IMG/VR virus record: IMGVR_UViG_3300019776_000657
Span: 15,828 to 79,827 of that record
From: a virus
DNA length: 64,000 nt
Direction: 5' to 3' (one strand)
Shown: positions 29,412 to 40,600 of the stretch, one piece after another
Position numbering within the stretch: the first letter of the stretch is position 1
Layout of the letters: each line of letters opens with the position of its first letter
Translations under genes and position numbers: made by a program
Notes under the pieces: model-generated
The model's database searches: none
Told to the model about the DNA's origin: nothing
What the model saw: the letters and a program-made list of their open reading frames with translations, nothing else

Positions 29412-30818
29412 TTATGTAATTGTCCTGGAAACCCCTACATAATCACTTGAGAAGTAGTCGGGCCCATTTATATAGTCCTGATTGAGAATGGTGCCACTGT
29501 TAGATACATTTGTACTGTCAGAAGGCTGCTTATTTATTAAACTCTGTAATAACTCATTAACATTGAACTGATCACTTGTATTTTTAAAGAATGTGACATT
29601 TTGATCATCATCTACAGCCGCTCCATTTACGTCATCTGTAAAATTGACCTGATCTGTAAAATCACGAATAAAAGATAACTGAGCTGTTAACAATTCACTA
29701 ATATTGAATTGGTCACCTGGAGCTTTGTCAAATGTTACTATACTTTGTTCGCTAACATTGAATTGATCACTAGACCCCTTGCCAAAGTCTATAACATCTT
29801 GTTCACTGATATTGAATTGATCACTAGATACCTTACCAAAGTCTACAACATCTTGTTCACTGATATTGAACTGGTCGCTCAGAGCTTTTTCGAACAGTGC
29901 TAAAAATTGTTCTGATACGTTGTATTGATCTTGTAGAGTTAATGATATTACTATTAGTATTGTTAATATTTCAGATATTTGAAACTGGTCGATTAGAGAT
30001 TTATCAAATCCTGCCTGGTACTGCTCACTGATATTAGTAGTATCAGCTAATTCCGGATTAAAGTCAACATTACTGGAAAATGTATCACTCAAACTCAAGC
30101 CATCGTCTTTTGAACTATTAAACTCTACAATTGTTTGTTCTGTAAAACTGAACTGATCTAGTAATGCTTTAGATAGATCTGAATATATTAAGTCAGTTAA
30201 ATTATAACTATCATTAAAATTTCTATCAAAAACATTAGTAAAATCTACAGTTTCTGATATATTGGCTACATCTGATAATGTTTTAAAGAATGCAACATTT
30301 TGATCATCATCTACGGCTGCTCCGTTTACGTCATCAGTTACATTTATTATATCTTGTAGACTTCTAACATAATCAACTTGTCTATTTAATGAATCACTAA
30401 TATTAAAACTATCTGTTGTACCTTTATTAAATATCACAGTATTCTGTTCTGTGATATTGAATTGATCAAAGTAAGATCGATTAAAACCTACCTGTTTATC
30501 AAAAGTTTCTTGTATAGTCAGACTATCTGTGGTATTTTTACCAACTTCAGAAGACTGACTGTCTTGTACTGCTGATTCGTCTACAACACCTTTTCCCACC
30601 TGTGATGACAGAGAATCTGTGATCTGGGCGTTATCATAAAATAACCTATCTAACAGTGTAAAAAATATTCCAGTTGTGTAGGCTGCAACAGTTCTGCCTA
30701 CTTGTAGTATGTCAGATAATTTTGCTCTTGTATTTTCAACTACCAGTGCCGTAGTTTTTGATACAGTCTCTATACCGGCTTTAGCTTTAGAGACTGCTTC
30801 AGCTAAAAAGGTGGTCAT
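29412..30818 (-). CDS. acidic repeat structural protein
   Basis: about 18-aa DQFNISEQ repeats, Asp-rich. Confidence 0.7.
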   Translation of the reverse strand: MTTFLAEAVSKAKAGIETVSKTTALVVENTRAKLSDILQVGRTVAAYTTGIFFTLLDRLFYDNAQITDSLSSQVGKGVVDESAVQDSQSSEVGKNTTDSLTIQETFDKQVGFNRSYFDQFNITEQNTVIFNKGTTDSFNISDSLNRQVDYVRSLQDIINVTDDVNGAAVDDDQNVAFFKTLSDVANISETVDFTNVFDRNFNDSYNLTDLIYSDLSKALLDQFSFTEQTIVEFNSSKDDGLSLSDTFSSNVDFNPELADTTNISEQYQAGFDKSLIDQFQISEILTILIVISLTLQDQYNVSEQFLALFEKALSDQFNISEQDVVDFGKVSSDQFNISEQDVIDFGKGSSDQFNVSEQSIVTFDKAPGDQFNISELLTAQLSFIRDFTDQVNFTDDVNGAAVDDDQNVTFFKNTSDQFNVNELLQSLINKQPSDSTNVSNSGTILNQDYINGPDYFSSDYVGVSRTIT

Positions 30819-31222
30819 GTTGGATCAGGAGCACTAGGACTAGGTGTAGTAGGTGCAGGTGCAGGTAGTGGTGTAATATCTGCAATATCTTCACGTATTA
30901 CCAGTTTGATAAGATCATAAACAGTTTCACGACTGCTGGTGGCTGTATCATAGATCTCTATTTCAGCATTGTAGTCGCCCGCAGGACGGTTGAGGTCACC
31001 ATCTACCCATTGAATATAGCAGATTCCTGCAGTTCTGTCAGCATTTCCATTAGGAAAAATTGCTTGTCTACTAAAACGTACACCAGTACCTGTAGCAGGT
31101 TTAGCGTGTAGGCTAACAGTTTTGTTTGTTAAATCTTTGGCTACACCAGTGTCTTCGTTTGTAAGAGTTAATTTAATCTGTGGTAAAGTATCTGATTGTA
31201 CAAAATAAAGTGTTGTGGCCAT
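30815..31222 (-). CDS. baseplate upper protein (BppU)-like adaptor
   Basis: AAGGAG RBS; VQSDTLP..DLT..G.Y.AEIEI..ETV pattern. Confidence 0.65.
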   Translation of the reverse strand: MATTLYFVQSDTLPQIKLTLTNEDTGVAKDLTNKTVSLHAKPATGTGVRFSRQAIFPNGNADRTAGICYIQWVDGDLNRPAGDYNAEIEIYDTATSSRETVYDLIKLVIREDIADITPLPAPAPTTPSPSAPDPT

Positions 31223-31280
31223 AGTGACTCCTTGTGTATACACACCAACATTTTATTTTGGTGCTTTCTATTTTGGTACT

Positions 31281-31309
31281 ATTATAACATATAGGCACAG
31301 TTAGATCAA
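31281..31309 (-). promoter_or_regulatory. late sigma70-type promoter (paralogue of 22871-22899)
   Basis: TTGATC-N17-TATAAT. Confidence 0.75.
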
Positions 31310-31312
31310 GTG

Positions 31313-31344
31313 AAAAAATACCCCACCTTGTGGGTGGGGTATTT
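31313..31344 (-). terminator. intrinsic terminator
   Basis: AAATACCCCACC/GGTGGGGTATTT hairpin with T-tract. Confidence 0.82.
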
Positions 31345-31348
31345 ATAA

Positions 31349-31681
31349 TCAAGTTCTTGAACGTATCAAATCAACAAAGTGCCACAGGTCTTCTTTGCGG
31401 AAAACTCCAGCTGGTTTTTGAGGAGACCAGACTGGGTATGCACTCAGTAACTCTTGATAGTCTAATTGAGCTTCTTTTGTGACTTCGTTTGTCATGGAGT
31501 TAATTTGTGCAGGACTATCGGAAATTGTAAAAGATTCGTAGGTTTGTGATGGAAATGGTTGAAACTTGTTATCAACCACTGTTCCCTTACCAACTAAAAC
31601 TCTTACAAAACGATCCACTTGGTGTTCAAAAGAAATTATATCTTCTGTGACCGTTTGTTGTGGTACTATAACTTGTCTCAT
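31349..31681 (-). CDS. hypothetical protein following central fibre
   Basis: AAGGA RBS, 110 aa. Confidence 0.7.
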   Translation of the reverse strand: MRQVIVPQQTVTEDIISFEHQVDRFVRVLVGKGTVVDNKFQPFPSQTYESFTISDSPAQINSMTNEVTKEAQLDYQELLSAYPVWSPQKPAGVFRKEDLWHFVDLIRSRT

Positions 31682-31691
31682 TTATATTCCT

Positions 31692-34600
31692 TTAAACATA
31701 TATCTTCATCCACACCATTTGACCATCATTTGTACTAAACTTTTTCCAGACACCATTGACAGCATCAGTTGGTGCTGTTGGATCTCCTGCTAGTATTGGT
31801 ACAAATCTTAAGTATTGTGCGTTTGCTGCTCCGCTAGCCACTTGTACAAATGCACTAGCATCCAGTCCATCTACTTTGTCAGCATTTAGGTTAGTTACCA
31901 GAGTTGTACTAGTTATTTGCATGGTTCCGTCTACATATAATGCTGTGGCCGGACTGACAGCGGCAGCCCTTACAGCAATATAACCACTAGTAGCATCTAC
32001 ACCTATACCAGTAGTACCTCCTGTACCTCGTACACCTGCAGTAGTAGCGGCTCCTGTAGTGTTGCCATAAACCCCATACTCGCCTGTGGTAGTACCATAT
32101 ACTCCTGTTTTTGTGCCACCATTAGCAAATACTCCATAAAAACTACCAGTAGCTAATATACCTATATCTGCTGTAGGAGTAACAGGTGTTTTTAAATTAG
32201 CAGAAAGAAGTCCAGCAGCATTAGCGTTGACCCCTCTAATAACTGCAGTACCGGCAACGTCTAAGTTTCCACTAAATGTGCCACTAGATCCTGTAATGTC
32301 GCCTTTAAACACAGCTGCACCAGTAGTGGCATTAATACTAAATGTAGCCACATCCGCATTTAAGCCAACTATGCCCTTACTGCTAATTGCAACACCAGAT
32401 CCAGTAGTAGTTCCATCAGCTGCAATTGCTACAGTTCCTGTTTTAAATCCACCGGCACTTGTAAAGTCTATTGTTCCACTAAGTGTATCTGCTGCATTTT
32501 TATTTAACTTATTAATTACGTCAGCTGCATTACTTACTACAGTAGATGCAGTAGTTGCACCAATTATAGAAGTAGCAGATAAAGTTCCAGTTATTGTTAA
32601 AACACCTGTAGCAGTATCCCAAGTCAATTTATTACCAGCAGAATTACCAATACTAAAATTAGGATTAGATCCTGAAAAACCTAAAAAGAATCCTGTGCCA
32701 GTATCATATGCTGTTTGTCCAGCCTTTATGCTACCTCCACCGTTAAGAGTAATACCTCCCCCGGTAATAGTTACACCACTAATAAGACCTGACTGAGCTT
32801 GATTTTGAGGAGTTAAATTAGATACATTACCTAATCCTACTTGAGTAGCTGTAGTATTACTGTTTAGAAATTGACTAGTATTATAATCGGTGCCACTAAC
32901 TGTTATACTACCACCAAATACTGCTGTACCATCAGAAGCAATTCTAAAGTTCTTAGCGGATATAGCACCATTTACTAAATCAATGGCCATTCCTGCTGTA
33001 GCAAAAGCACTGCCGTCAGCAGTACCAGTATGGTTATTAGACAGTATAGAGCCTGCTCTTATCTTACTACCACTTATAGTAGTAGAGTTAGCATTGACAT
33101 CACTGGCTGCACTTCCTGGTTGTAGAGATGAAGCACCAGATGCAGCTCCTGTTTTAACTGTAGATGCTGCAGTACCGTCAATAGTTGCAACAGAACTTAT
33201 ACTACCACCAAATACTGCTGTACCATCAGAAGCAATTCTAAAATTCTTAGCGGATATAGCACCATTTACTAAATCAATGGCCATTCCTGCTGTAGCAAAA
33301 GCACTACCATCAGCAGTACCAGTATGATTATTAGACAGTATAGAGCCTGCTCTTATCTTACTACCACTTATAGTAGTAGAATTAGCATTGACATCACTGG
33401 CTGCACTTCCTGGTTGTAGAGATGAAGCACCAGATGCAGCTCCTGTTTTAACTGTAGTTGCGGATGCCCCATCAATAGTACTACTACTATTTAGGGATAT
33501 TGTTCCAGCAATAGTTAAAGCAGTACCACTCCACCTCAAGTAATTAGTGTCATCACCAATATCAAACTTGTAAACACCACTACCGCCATCTCCCAAAAAG
33601 AATCCAGCAGTTGCAGAACCGTAACTCTTGCCATCACTGTACAAAGACCCACTAGCAGCTATTTTTACACTACCCAAGTTTGCACTCAACGCACTCAGGC
33701 TACCCACCTTGAGATTACTCAAGTATGGAGCACCCCAGGTTACTGTATTTGTACTGGTAACATACGTACCATCTGATTGATACATATACTGACCAGCAGT
33801 TAAGTTGCTTGTAGCAGTATAGCTCCAAGTTGTACCATCTGTGCTACCAGGAGCAGTACTACCAGTACTAGAATTTGGTGTGGCTGGTGCTGTAGCACTA
33901 TTAGTAACGGCATACACTAAACGGGCTGAATCACCAGTAAGTCCTATACTACCATCTTGCCGGTATCCAACACTATTTAAGGTAGCACTTGACCAATTTG
34001 TTGGAGTAGTTGTAGCACTACTTAAGTCAGTTATTACCAAGTTAAGTTGATAAAGAGTATAACCACTTCCAGGAGAACTACCGGCTGAAGCTGCCCAGTT
34101 AGTTGGAGATGCAGGAGGATAAGCACTTATTGCTCCACTACTCCAAGTATAGTCAAATGCTTGTGTGTACGTACCAGCACCACTGTTGCTCCAACGATAA
34201 CAACTTACAGTAGTACTCTTGTTACCTGCAGGACCTGTAGCACCTGTAGCACCTGTAGCACCTGTAGCACCTGTAGCACCTGTATCGCCTTTTACGGCTT
34301 CTATATAAGGTGCACCCCAAGTACCTCCAGTATTAGTAGTACTTCCTTGATTGACAACAAATACATAGTCACTTGCCCATGTGGGAGTTGTTGTTGTTGT
34401 TGGTTGTGTTACTAACCATCCACCAGCCGGGGCTGTTAATGCTCCTGTAGAAGCATTAAAGTTACCGCCTGTTGGTGTGTTTGGTGTAGGAGTATAAGCT
34501 GCTTGTAGATATACTGTAGCAGCATAAACAACTTTACCATCAGTACCTGTTTGTCCATTTTTAGCAACTATAATTGGATCGCTCCAAGTATTCAGTGTTA

Positions 34601-37600
34601 ACTGTGTAGCAGGAGTAGTTGTAGAAGCCAAAGCAGTAGTCATGTACACTGCTCCAGGATATGCAGGAGTTGTTGGCATTGTTAGTGACCAACCTGTGGT
34701 ACCCCCAGTTTGTGCTCCTAACACAGTTCCTGTAATAGTATACAATACACTGGTTGGTTTAGTAGGTGGACTAGCAGTATCTGATGCAGAAATGTAGAGT
34801 TCAACTCGTTCTTGGGTTGTACCTGCAGTTCCTATATTACCAGTTTTGCTTTTGCTTAAACTAAAACGGCTGACTTGACTGGCATAACCACTCTTTGTAG
34901 CAGTAATATCGATAAACGCGCTATCTGTGCCTGTTGCTATGTTAGTAACAGTAATAGTTTTATTGCTATCAGTACTAGTATAGGTTAGTGAAGCACTACT
35001 AGCTGGTGAAGTAGTAAATGTCCAGTTAGCACTATCATCTGTACCACCCAACAATATTGTAGCAGTAGTTGTTGCACCTGTATAACTCAACACAGTGCCA
35101 TCATTAGCAGCAGGAATAACATGACTGTCATTACTGAGGTTCATGGCCACACCACCAAGACCGGTTTTACTCTTACTCAAACTAAATCTACTGGTTTGAG
35201 TAGTATAACCTGTTCTTGTAGCAGTGATATCGATGTACGCACTGTCTACACCTGTCGCCATGTTGGTAACAGTTACAGTTCTATTGCTATTAGTACTAGT
35301 ATAAGTTAATGAGGCGTTACTGGCTGGTAGAGTACTAAACGTCCAATTGGCACTGTCGTCTATGCCACCCAACAATATTGTAGCAGTAGTTGTTGCACCT
35401 GTATAACTCAACACAGTGCCATCGTTCTGCGCAGGAACTACATGGCTGTCATTGTTGAGGCCAATAGATGTTGCTGAAGTACCTGGACTACCCTGTATTG
35501 ATTTCGACAAGGACTGTACAGCTATAACAGACGAAGTGGTTCCATTTGATCTTGTAAAGCCTATTGTATAGGTTACAGTGGCATTATTTCCAGTTATACC
35601 AGTATGATCGCCTATAGTCACTGTTGTTGTACCAGTTCCACTGGTTATAGAACCTGGAGTAGACAATCCGTTTGCTGCAATTCCAACAGAGTTTATCTGA
35701 ACATAATTATCACCTTCAAGTACTCTTATAGTAGTACCTGATCCGGTATATGTTACAACTCCCAAGTTGGTAGTTTGTAGTTGATGTGTGGGATTACCTA
35801 GGACTACAGTTATTCCACTATCGCCATCTTTTACAGCTGAAACAATTGTGGCATCGGTAAGGCTATCTTGGCCAATATAACAAGTTACAGTTACTTTGGT
35901 GTTTGTACCAAAATCTGCTATTCTCAAATATACCACATCTGCATTTGTACTATTTTGTGCAATTGCAGAACCGCCAGTTGCTGCTGTATACAGTGTTACT
36001 GTAGGAGACGTACTCCATTTTACACCATTAACAGTATTTTGTTTTAAAGCAGTTAATTGACATACTTGATCGGCTATGTTGACGTTATTTTTATCTCTAT
36101 TAAAGACGTATCTATCTGCTGTTAAGAATAATCCCTTGGCTATTCCACTCAAGACTTGTGGAGTACTCCACTCAGCGTCTGGAATGCTATCTGTATCTCC
36201 AGTATTTGCAGCACTTGCTTGTGTTATCCATACCACTTTACCCTGTGTTTCACTGGGAATTGCATCACTCCAGTAGTTGGGTGATACGCCAACAGGGAAT
36301 CCAGTAATATTTCCTGTACTAAAAATATAGGTACTGGTTGTACTGGTATCTCCAACTGCTCTGGTAAAGTCAGGAGCTACAGTAGTACTATTATTTCTGG
36401 CATACAAATATATTGTGGCTGAGTTTATACCATTGTCTGTAAGAATTACAGGTGTGCTCCACTCAGTAGCTGCAAGAGTATCTGTATCTGTAGCACTAGA
36501 AGCACTTATTACTGTTACATAGAGTGGGTTACTGCCTTCTGGTATTGACTTTTGCCAGCCATTTAACAAGGCTGTATTTGTTATTTCTTTTGTAACAAAG
36601 TTGTAGGTTATTTCACCAGGATTACTTGTTAATGCTGTTGCACTTCTTTGATAGGCATAAACAAGTGCAGTATTTAAACCAACACCACCCTTAAAAACAA
36701 CTTGAAGTTCTTCTTTGTCTAATACTTCTGAACTAGTTTCTTCTGCATATAATCGTACAACAAACTTAGTACTCAAGTCTGTAGAGCTAGGACTAAAGAT
36801 TATATCATTGGTTTCTGAAGACTGTACTCTTTGTTCAGTTCCTGCTGTAGTGCCTACATAAGGAGTAACTCCCAGCCAACCATAGTTGGATTCTACACTA
36901 CCCACATACTTTTTACCAGTTGCCCTGATTTCATTAAACGGTCCCTCAACAATGCTGTTGGGGCTGTTCTTGTAAACCACTTTTGTACTGGTTACTATTC
37001 TGTAGATTGTATTGCTTTCACCATTTTTTACTTTTACAAAACTTTGAGTTTTTGTAATTTCAAAAGGTATTCCTGTAAGGCTCTTTCCTACAATAGTGAA
37101 TACAATGTTGCCCAAGTCCTCAGTAAACTCTGTTAGATCGCCCAACACAGCACTAGGATCACCACTTATACTATCCTGTACACTCTGTAGTGTTCCAGGT
37201 GTAACATTGGTTTCTGTTATAGCAGTAATTTTCCAACGACCCAAAGTAGTACCAGCATCATCATAGGCCAACAGTGTGCCGCCTTGATACACTGATATTT
37301 CAGTACCACTAAACAGTAGGTTGGGACTGGTACCATCAAAGTTTGCAGGTACTTGGTGGCGATCGTTGCTGAGCTCTACTCTTATAGTAGCCAATTCAAT
37401 TGCTGTATAGTCAATGTTGAGTACGGCGTCTTGTCTACTCAAGATATTGCTGTCATCAACATGTCGAGCTGCTATAACATACTGGCCTGTAACAGCTTCG
37501 TCCCAAGTCCAATTTGTTAATGGACCTTGAAACAGTGTTATTCCAGTTTCCCAAGTGGATCCAGGAGCAGTTATATCTTTGATAATTGTATAGGTATAAT

Positions 37601-40600
37601 CAGGAGCAGGACAACGATCCCATTGAAACTTCATTTTTCCTGGCAACACCAAGAAGTCAAAGTTTTGTACATCATCTGGAGGATTGCGCTTTCCTATGAC
37701 TTCATGAGAAATCCAAGGAGTCCAATTACCAACTCGACCACTGTTGTCTATGTATCGTAATCTTACTCTATAAGTCTTACCTTGTTCTAGGTCTGTAAAT
37801 GTAATGCTGCTTTTATCTATTTCTGTTGAAAAATATTTATAACTAGCACTTTCATTGGTTCCTATGTCAATTTGACCCTGTACTGTTGTAACTGTTTTTG
37901 GAAGGGTTAGGTCAGCAAAAAACGGCACTCTCATGGCAAAAATAAATCCACGAGTAGCAGTTTTAATCATAACACTTTCATCACTAACAATGCGCTCTGG
38001 CATTATTTCAGGTACTTTGTCACCAATGTCATCTATTTGTAACTGTGGAGTATCTGTTATGTTTGGAAAGTATGCTAAATTTGTGTAATTGTAGTATTGT
38101 GTGAATATGTTATAGGGATTGGGATTATCTGGGCTAGTATCTACACCATAATCAACAAGAGTCAATCTGGCATTCTTGGCCCCATTAGTGGGTTCAATTG
38201 AAAGCACTAAAAGGTCTTGAGTTTCTGTTTGTAGTTCGCCAAACATAAACAAATCGCCATCACCTGCTTCATACTGAGTGGTTGTGGCTGTTGTTTGTAT
38301 TTTGGAGTAGTAACCGTCTTTTAATTTTATAGTTGCTGTTATTGCGGTGCCAAGAGCAACATATGATACTGTTCCAACAGCTTTGTATGTTATACTGGTA
38401 GTGGTTACTGAAGTAATCACAGCAGTTGTGTTAGAGATTCCAGAGGCTGTTGTTGTAACATTTACTCTGTCACCAACGCTAATTGGATGGTTTCCAATTA
38501 CTAGTGTAACAAAGTTACCAGTAGCTGTAACACCATAAGTTGAAGCATTAAAAGTAGTTTTTACTTGACGTTCAGTGTTTAAAACTTGATTAGTACCAAC
38601 TCCAGTATTACTAACACCTCTAAATCTAATAGTATAGTTTTTATTTTCTGCAATGGGTAGATCTTCGTCTAGTTTAAGAACATCATCACTTATTCTGTCT
38701 GTTATTCTGCCGCTCTGAATTCCCCACATGGGTACGTCATGCAACACCTTAACGCGATCACCACGATTACATACTAAATACTCTATATCAGTATTAAGTG
38801 TATAAATTTCTGGACGAAGTTTGATTTGTGCATAATGCCAACGACCAAAATCTTCTGCAATCTCTGCATTTGTAATACCAGGCAGTGTTATGGTTTCAAA
38901 CAGTTCTGCGCTATCTGCTGTTTTACCCGCAGATGGTAGTATTACTTCATTTTCTTGATAGTTTTTGCTCTCATCAAAAAACTGTATCTTAAATGCATCA
39001 GGATACTTGGGCAGTGCTTTCACACTCTCAAAACCCCAACTGTTATGAGGAGTAAAGTGTTGAACTACTACACTTTGTGCTTCATCAATAATTACAGTCC
39101 ACTTGCCATCTTTTAATGCAGGACTACCACGACCGGCTGCACAAATATCACGTAGTACTTCCAATACACTGCGTTGGGCTGCTAACACACCATTATACTC
39201 TAATGCCTTGCTAACATTGCCAGAAATTTTCTTTATTTGATAGGTCTGACAGTAGTTGTACCAATACTGAAGTTTTTGTACGTCTACTTTTGATAAGATC
39301 TCTGATTCCAGTATTCTTTGTGGGTTAGCTGGATGTGTTAAAACGTGTAGGAATAGTGCTGCAGGATTACTGGTTGGTGCTAGGGTGGTCCAGTCTGTTA
39401 AAACTGTTTGTGAGTTTACTATAGATGTATTTACTGCATTAACATTGGTACCTGTCCATATCTTACAGATACTTTGTACTACTGCACTGATTCCATCAAT
39501 AGTACCATTGAGTTGATCTGTTGCCTTTATCTTGATAGCAGTTTTAGCAACTTGACAGTTGTAAGGTGCCCAATCTATTGGACTATAGTTAGGATCTGTA
39601 TAGTAACCAGTAACAGAGTGCAACACAGAGGTGTGGCTTAATCTGTCTGTGTCGTTTGGCTCACTATCATCAACTGTAGTACGTCTAATTTTGAATTCTA
39701 CACCCTCATATTGAGGATATGTACCAGGTTCTGGACTATCTAATAAATATTCAATAGTCTTTGTAAATCCATCTTTTTCGCGCTTGGTAATAACAACATC
39801 GGGTTGGGGTATCCAAGATCCCCAAGCAGCTGTGCTTTGTGCTGTTGCTTTGATCTTGTACCTATACTCAACTGCAAAAGTCACTGAGGCTTCAAATGTT
39901 TTGCCAGAATCACCACCACTGATCTTGATCAACCTCAAGCCCTGTGGAAAAGATATAGCCACAACCGCTTTTTGTAACTTTTGAGTAAATGTGCTCTCTA
40001 CCCAATTTGTAGTGCTCTGTTGAAATACAACAGCTGTTTGTTGAAGTTCTGTATCTGAAACATCTAGATCTGCTTGAACAGAATCTCTTTTTAAGATTGT
40101 ATCTGAGTATGGTTGCCAAGTGTTAGAATATCCAGTACCTACAAATCCACCACTTGAGTTTGTTTTTCTCATGTAGTAATTGCCAGTATTATAGTTATCA
40201 GCCCACTCTTGACTGTCAACAACTACTGCTTTTTGCTTACCAGTAACAGGATCTAATGTTGTAACTGCTTTGAAGTTTGCACCTACTAGTTCCAACCCAC
40301 TAAAGTTTTGTACTACATCACTGGCGACTATTCTTTCAAAAGCTGTTTTTTGTGCTTTTCTTTGTTCTTCAGTAAGAGCTGTTGCATAACTAACAGTTAC
40401 TTGTTCAGTATTTTCATAGTTATCCCATTGTGAGGCACCTACTTGCAGTGTGGTTTCATCAATGGATAAAGGACCATAACCCCAAGCCAGCATCATGTTT
40501 AAATAACTAATACTCTTGCTTTGATTTAGTTCACCTACTAAAGCTTGTTCTAGTTCTGCACCTGCAGCATCCTCAAAGGTAACAAACGAACCTGCTCCAA

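Noticed and set aside
14466-31243. Invertible shufflon among fibre genes
   Set aside because: All genes are co-oriented; no invertase or inverted crossover sites seen
25312-33457. Diversity-generating retroelement
   Set aside because: No reverse transcriptase in the window; the 261-bp duplicates are in-frame tandem copies without adenine-specific differences
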